Assembly: GCA_003144275.1 (NCBI GenBank)
Contig: NJBF01000027.1
Location: forward strand, 32,502 to 64,501
Length of the DNA stretch: 32,000 nucleotides
Origin: Candidatus Heimdallarchaeota archaeon B3_Heim
GTDB lineage: Archaea > Asgardarchaeota > Heimdallarchaeia > Hodarchaeales > Hodarchaeaceae
Direction of reading: 5' to 3'
Shown one piece after another: positions 27,865-32,000 of the stretch (position 1 is the stretch's first letter; each line of letters begins with the position of its first letter). The notes beneath the pieces are model-generated. The model did not search any database. It had not been told where the DNA came from and saw only the letters and a program-made list of their open reading frames with translations. Position numbers and translations under genes: made by a program.

Positions 27865-28614
27865 TTGTATAAGGTAGTATTTTTACGTCATGGCGAATCA
27901 ATTTGGAATAAAATAAATAAATTTACAGGTTGGACTGATGTAGATTTATCAGAAAAGGGTATTAAAGAAGCAACTACGTCGGGACATGTATTAAGAGATG
28001 GAGAATATTCTTTCGATGTCGCGTTTACTAGTGTTCTGAAAAGGGCTATTCGAACATTGTGGTTAGCCTTAGATGAAATGGATTTAATGTGGATCCCTGT
28101 TCATCGGTCTTGGAAGTTGAATGAACGCCATTACGGCGCATTACAAGGATTGAATAAGTCAGAAATGGCTGCTAAACACGGTGATCAACAAGTTTTAATC
28201 TGGAGACGTAGCTATGACATACGACCCCCAGGACTAGAAGAGGATGATGATCGATATCCTGGAAAAGATTTAAAATATCGCGATCTTACAAAAGATGAAC
28301 TCCCCACCTCTGAATGTTTGAAAGATACTGTAGCTCGTGTCCTTCCATATTGGCATGATGTGATTGCACCAACCATAAAAACAGGTAAACTAGTGCTTAT
28401 TGCGGCTCATGGAAATAGTCTACGAGCTCTCGTGAAGTACCTTGATGATGTCCCTAAAGATGAAATCCTCAAATTGAATATTCCTACTGGTATTCCGCTT
28501 GTTTATGAGCTAGATAAAGATTTGGCACCTATTAAAAACTATTATCTTGGTGATCCAGAAATCGTTGCTAAGGCAATGCAAAAAGTAGCAAATCAGGGAA
28601 AATTAAAGAAATAA
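27865..28614 (+). CDS. gpmA: 2,3-bisphosphoglycerate-dependent phosphoglycerate mutase
   Basis: RHGES-x-WN, FTGW-x-DV-x-[27 protein letters not shown] and NIPTGIP. TTG start with AAGGTG SD. Confidence 0.98.
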   Translation: MYKVVFLRHGESIWNKINKFTGWTDVDLSEKGIKEATTSGHVLRDGEYSFDVAFTSVLKRAIRTLWLALDEMDLMWIPVHRSWKLNERHYGALQGLNKSEMAAKHGDQQVLIWRRSYDIRPPGLEEDDDRYPGKDLKYRDLTKDELPTSECLKDTVARVLPYWHDVIAPTIKTGKLVLIAAHGNSLRALVKYLDDVPKDEILKLNIPTGIPLVYELDKDLAPIKNYYLGDPEIVAKAMQKVANQGKLKK

Positions 28615-28635
28615 ATCTACTTTGTGCATGTTAAA

Positions 28636-30708
28636 TCACGAGGATTCTTTCAAAATCCTTCTTGCATCATCCAAATAACGATAGACAGCTTTATTTTTGG
28701 TTGTGGCACTTAAATGCTGTTCTTGGTTTTCAATTGTGTTTAATGCATCAATTGCCTTTGCCTTTTGACGAAATAGCCTATGTTTTTCAGATTCTCGCAC
28801 TATTTCTGCAAAAATTGTGTAAGCATTCTCAAAATCAGATCGGCCCCAGGCCAAATATCCCCGCTGCAGTTTACATTCTAGTTGTAATGCTGGTAATCTC
28901 TTTTCAGAGATTTCACAATCAATTTTTGCTAATCTTTCTTTGGCTTCTATATAAGCTTTTGAATTACCAATCCTAGACATTTCAATTAATAATTCAGTTA
29001 ATGCTAGCTCATCAGAATAAGTTATGGCCCCAATTTCCTTGTTTATTTCTATAGCAGTTTTCAAAGCAGTTTGAGCTGCACCGTAATTCATGTCATATTT
29101 CTCAATTTTTGCTAGTAATCTATAAAACTTAACTTTGTCCCAATTGGATTTACATAAATTACGAACGTTTTCTAATTTATTTCTAGCTTCTTCGGATTTA
29201 TCTTGAGAGCAAAGGATATTTACTTCTACTTCCAAGATATTAAGCTCATTAAAAGCTTCATCCTTCTTCCTAACAATGGATCTTACAGTATCAATTGATT
29301 TAACTGAATCAGAAAGCTTGTTTTGCAAAAAATATATTTCAGCATAGCCCAAATGAACAAATGCTTCTGCGAAACCCTTCTCGCTTTCGCCCTCTTCGGT
29401 TATTAGATTGAGGGCTTTATCCAGCATTGTTTTTGCTTTCTTGAATTTTCCTGAAAGTTTAAAAGTTCTCATAAATTCAAAATATAGTTTAAATAACATT
29501 TTTGGCTTTTTATTTTTGTAAAAACCTTCTAATTGATTCCAGATTGAGAGTGCTTCTTCCCACTCTCCCCTTAGGTAGTGAAGAATTCCCTCACCCCATA
29601 ATGCTTTATGATATCCCCCTGTACTTCGCAAATCCTCAGGATGTTTCTGATTAGCTAAAATAAATTCTTCTTGAGATTCTCGGAAATATTTTAACGCATC
29701 ATCATAAGATCCTTGGCCACGATAAGCCATACCTAAGGCTCGTTTAATTTCAGCTGAGGTATTATATTCGATTTCATCTTCACAACAATTATCTAACAGG
29801 CTTTTGAGTAAATTCACAGCTTCTTTAAATTCCCCTGATTGGGCCAAGAGATTACTTTTCTTTAATTGCGATTTTCGATACGCTTCATTCCTGTAGCGAG
29901 GAATCCTGTAGCGAGAATCAATCACTTTGATTGCTTCATCTATTCTTCCTTTTTCAACTAAAGCTGCTTCAAGTTCAATTAGGATTGAATTGGTTAAAGC
30001 AGTTTGCTCTTCCTTAGATAATTCCGTACTGTGACCTATTAAGGGTAGTATTTTTTTATTAGTATCCGCTAAAATCTCGATAGCTTTGTCATAAGATTGT
30101 TCCTTAATAGCGGTGGCACCTGCATCTTTTAAAGTAAGTATTACTGTTTTTAATTGTTCACCTTTCAGTGATTCCTGTAATTGTTCATTTTGAGTAGTTA
30201 ATTTATCCTTGAAGGAATTTAAGGATGTTGTTTGTTTGATGAGATCTGATCTTGCTGTTTTGAGAGCATTGTAGGGAATTGTATCACGGGATGATAGTAT
30301 GTCAACAACAGGAGACAATTCTTGCTTAATACTATTTTCTAACTCTCCTAACCAACTTTTCCCCTCAAATACTTTCCCGACTTGCAGGATAAGATCCTGA
30401 GCTCCATCAATTTTTGAGACTAGCGCAGAAATTTCTTTCCCAACATTTTTCATTTCAATATCAAAGGAAACTGATTTGGAGGAAGAATTTCGATTAATTG
30501 CAGTCTTTAACATTTTGATATGCTGTTTTATCTCCTCTTTAGCACTGGGATCCCCCTTTATTATTCCATCCGTAATTCTGACTAAATTGACTTCAAGTGG
30601 TTGTTTTTTTCTTTTTTTCTCATTTTGTTTATCATTTTCTTCTCTCCCAGAAATCGGATGATTATTTTCAGATTTTTCATTAGCGTCAGTCGAGATAAGC
30701 ACCGCCAA
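28636..30708 (-). CDS. Tetratricopeptide-repeat protein
   Basis: TPR patterns such as ALGMAYRGQGSYDDALKYFRES, EGILHYLRGEWEEALSIW and LGYAEIYFLQNKLSDSV. Confidence 0.85.
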   Translation of the reverse strand: MAVLISTDANEKSENNHPISGREENDKQNEKKRKKQPLEVNLVRITDGIIKGDPSAKEEIKQHIKMLKTAINRNSSSKSVSFDIEMKNVGKEISALVSKIDGAQDLILQVGKVFEGKSWLGELENSIKQELSPVVDILSSRDTIPYNALKTARSDLIKQTTSLNSFKDKLTTQNEQLQESLKGEQLKTVILTLKDAGATAIKEQSYDKAIEILADTNKKILPLIGHSTELSKEEQTALTNSILIELEAALVEKGRIDEAIKVIDSRYRIPRYRNEAYRKSQLKKSNLLAQSGEFKEAVNLLKSLLDNCCEDEIEYNTSAEIKRALGMAYRGQGSYDDALKYFRESQEEFILANQKHPEDLRSTGGYHKALWGEGILHYLRGEWEEALSIWNQLEGFYKNKKPKMLFKLYFEFMRTFKLSGKFKKAKTMLDKALNLITEEGESEKGFAEAFVHLGYAEIYFLQNKLSDSVKSIDTVRSIVRKKDEAFNELNILEVEVNILCSQDKSEEARNKLENVRNLCKSNWDKVKFYRLLAKIEKYDMNYGAAQTALKTAIEINKEIGAITYSDELALTELLIEMSRIGNSKAYIEAKERLAKIDCEISEKRLPALQLECKLQRGYLAWGRSDFENAYTIFAEIVRESEKHRLFRQKAKAIDALNTIENQEQHLSATTKNKAVYRYLDDARRILKESS

Positions 30709-30951
30709 TTTGGCCCAAAATGGATAGTAAATTCGTATCCGTAAAGATTTGTTAGTTCTTGCCTAGAATTTCGGATAGATTCAGATTATTATTATGCAAA
30801 TAGAGACAAGAATATTTTTTCGTCCTGAGTTATAAATAGACTATTTTTGGGGCAATGCTGATTTTATCCTAGTAGAAGGTTCTTCTGCTAGAGATTAGCA
30901 TTTATGTCAGATTATAAAACAATAAAAGCGCTATTGAGAATTAAAATGGGG

Positions 30952-30964
30952 AAAAAAAAGAAAA
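30952..30964 (-). terminator. Oligo-U tract downstream of the histone gene
   Basis: The minus strand reads TTTTCTTTTTTTT about 35-45 nt after the stop, typical of archaeal termination signals. Confidence 0.55.
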
Positions 30965-30997
30965 GAGAGAGTAAAAGAATAAAGGACATTAAGCTGC

Positions 30998-31201
30998 TTA
31001 TTTGGTGGCGGCTAATTTAATGTCTGATTCTTTAACAGTCTTTCGTCCAGAGTGACGGGCAATCTCAACTGCGTATTTGGCAATTTCCATACCTTTGTTG
31101 GTAACAATTTCGTTTAATCGATCAATTGCGCCAGCAGATACACGGTGAGCACCAGCATCTCTGATAACTTTTTCAATTCTTGCTCTAGCAAATCCTGCCA
31201 T
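30998..31201 (-). CDS. Archaeal histone (HMf-type singlet)
   Basis: ARIEKVIRDAGAHRVS, AVEIARHSGRKTVKESDIKLA histone-fold motifs. Confidence 0.97.
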   Translation of the reverse strand: MAGFARARIEKVIRDAGAHRVSAGAIDRLNEIVTNKGMEIAKYAVEIARHSGRKTVKESDIKLAATK

Positions 31202-31279
31202 TTTTCTTTACACCTTTTCTCAATGTAATTAGTTGTGAGTTGTTGATTTTTCTCACACTAGAAGGGTCTAAATTCATCC

Positions 31280-31287
31280 TATATAAA
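31280..31287 (-). promoter_or_regulatory. TATA box of the histone gene
   Basis: TTTATATA on the minus strand preceded by a purine-rich segment (BRE-like), about 80 nt upstream of the ATG. Confidence 0.5.
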
Positions 31288-31913
31288 TCTTCCCTCTGCT
31301 TGGTCGAGGGTTGCCAACCTTTACACCCTATGAATGATCATGAAGTTCATAATAAGCTGATAGAGGTATAATTGGTTGTGAACTCTGTTGTTGCATAGAT
31401 ACCTAGTGATGTTGATGCACGAATCCACCTAACTAGTGAGTCATGTATGCTAAGAGAATTCACAATAAGTGATTGGATAACCCGTTAGACACAGTTTAAT
31501 CAAAAAAACTCTTCTATACTTCTATTTAAGGAGGCATTCTCTTGTTAGAAGTGAAGTACTTCTTCCTGTTTGTACCTCAGGAGAGATTAATCACTGATGC
31601 TAGGGGGTTTTATCAAGAGGTAAGACACTAGCTCATAACGAAAAAGCCCTTATGATTCAATGACTAGTTATGACATTTGTTTCATTCACATCTCTAGTGA
31701 AAATTTCTTGATATTCATAGTATATCAGGGATAGAGAAACCAATGTAAGAGGTTATTATGACTAAAAAGATCAGGAAATATTCTTCTAAAAATGGCAAGT
31801 AAGTCATTCAGAATACCATCTCTAGGAAGGTGGATTTTATAGAAGATATACTCTCACAAAAAAACCTCTAAAAATTGATAACATGTTATTTATAGGTAAA
31901 AAGCGTAATATAA

Positions 31914-31945
31914 TAAAAAGAGAACGGAGGAAAAGAGATTCCTCC
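31914..31945 (-). terminator. Hairpin plus U-tract after the second histone gene
   Basis: Perfect 7-bp stem GGAGGAA/TTCCTCC (31926-31945), followed on the minus strand by a T-rich run. Confidence 0.5.
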
Positions 31946-31973
31946 TTATTAAATTGTAGCAAAGAGATATTCT

Positions 31974-32000
31974 TTACTTGGTTCCTGCGAGTTTAATGTC
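31974..32000 (-). CDS. 3' end of a probable second archaeal histone gene (partial)
   Basis: The minus strand reads GAC ATT AAA CTC GCA GGA ACC AAG TAA = DIKLAGTK*, against DIKLAATK* in the complete histone. Confidence 0.75.
   Translation of the reverse strand, partial: DIKLAGTK

Noticed and set aside
22484-30661. ORFs 22484..22699, 23747..23929, 28662..28976 and 30476..30661
   Set aside because: Shadows within ggt, the S9 peptidase and the TPR gene.
1-32000. Alternative genetic code with TGA as a sense codon
   Set aside because: Several conserved genes (GTPase 16549, S9 peptidase, flavoprotein) end at TGA at their expected C-termini.

Overview
AT-rich archaeal chromosomal window, most likely from an Asgard archaeon. 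The evidence is two Rab/Ras-like small GTPases, a tandem V4R protein, HMf-type histones and archaeal TFS, IOR, ACD and CMK; the lineage is inferred, not proven. About 30 densely packed CDSs are present. No rRNA, tRNA, CRISPR array or mobile element was recognised. Metabolic genes: iorAB, ADP-forming acyl-CoA synthetase alpha, crotonase, cmk, pncB-pncA plus a Cys-phosphatase, M20 and S9 peptidases, ggt, bacterial-type gpmA and an Fe-S flavoprotein. Best leads: (1) a divergent gene pair, a SHOCT-like/bactofilin-like beta-helix protein and an ArsR-type regulator with a similar SHOCT-like helix; (2) a PC/HEAT-repeat protein with Rpn2-like segments; (3) a Rab-like GTPase substituted at the Ras G12/G13/Q61-equivalent sites, next to a tandem V4R protein and flanked by two small proteins sharing an N-terminal amphipathic motif; (4) a TFS paralog with RSADE changed to RKKEE; (5) a divergent RtcB-like ligase. 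Three things the ORF track missed: an in-frame TGA splitting the DUF438/PAS gene, a flavoprotein N-terminus with no canonical start codon, and the 3' end of a second histone gene at the right edge.
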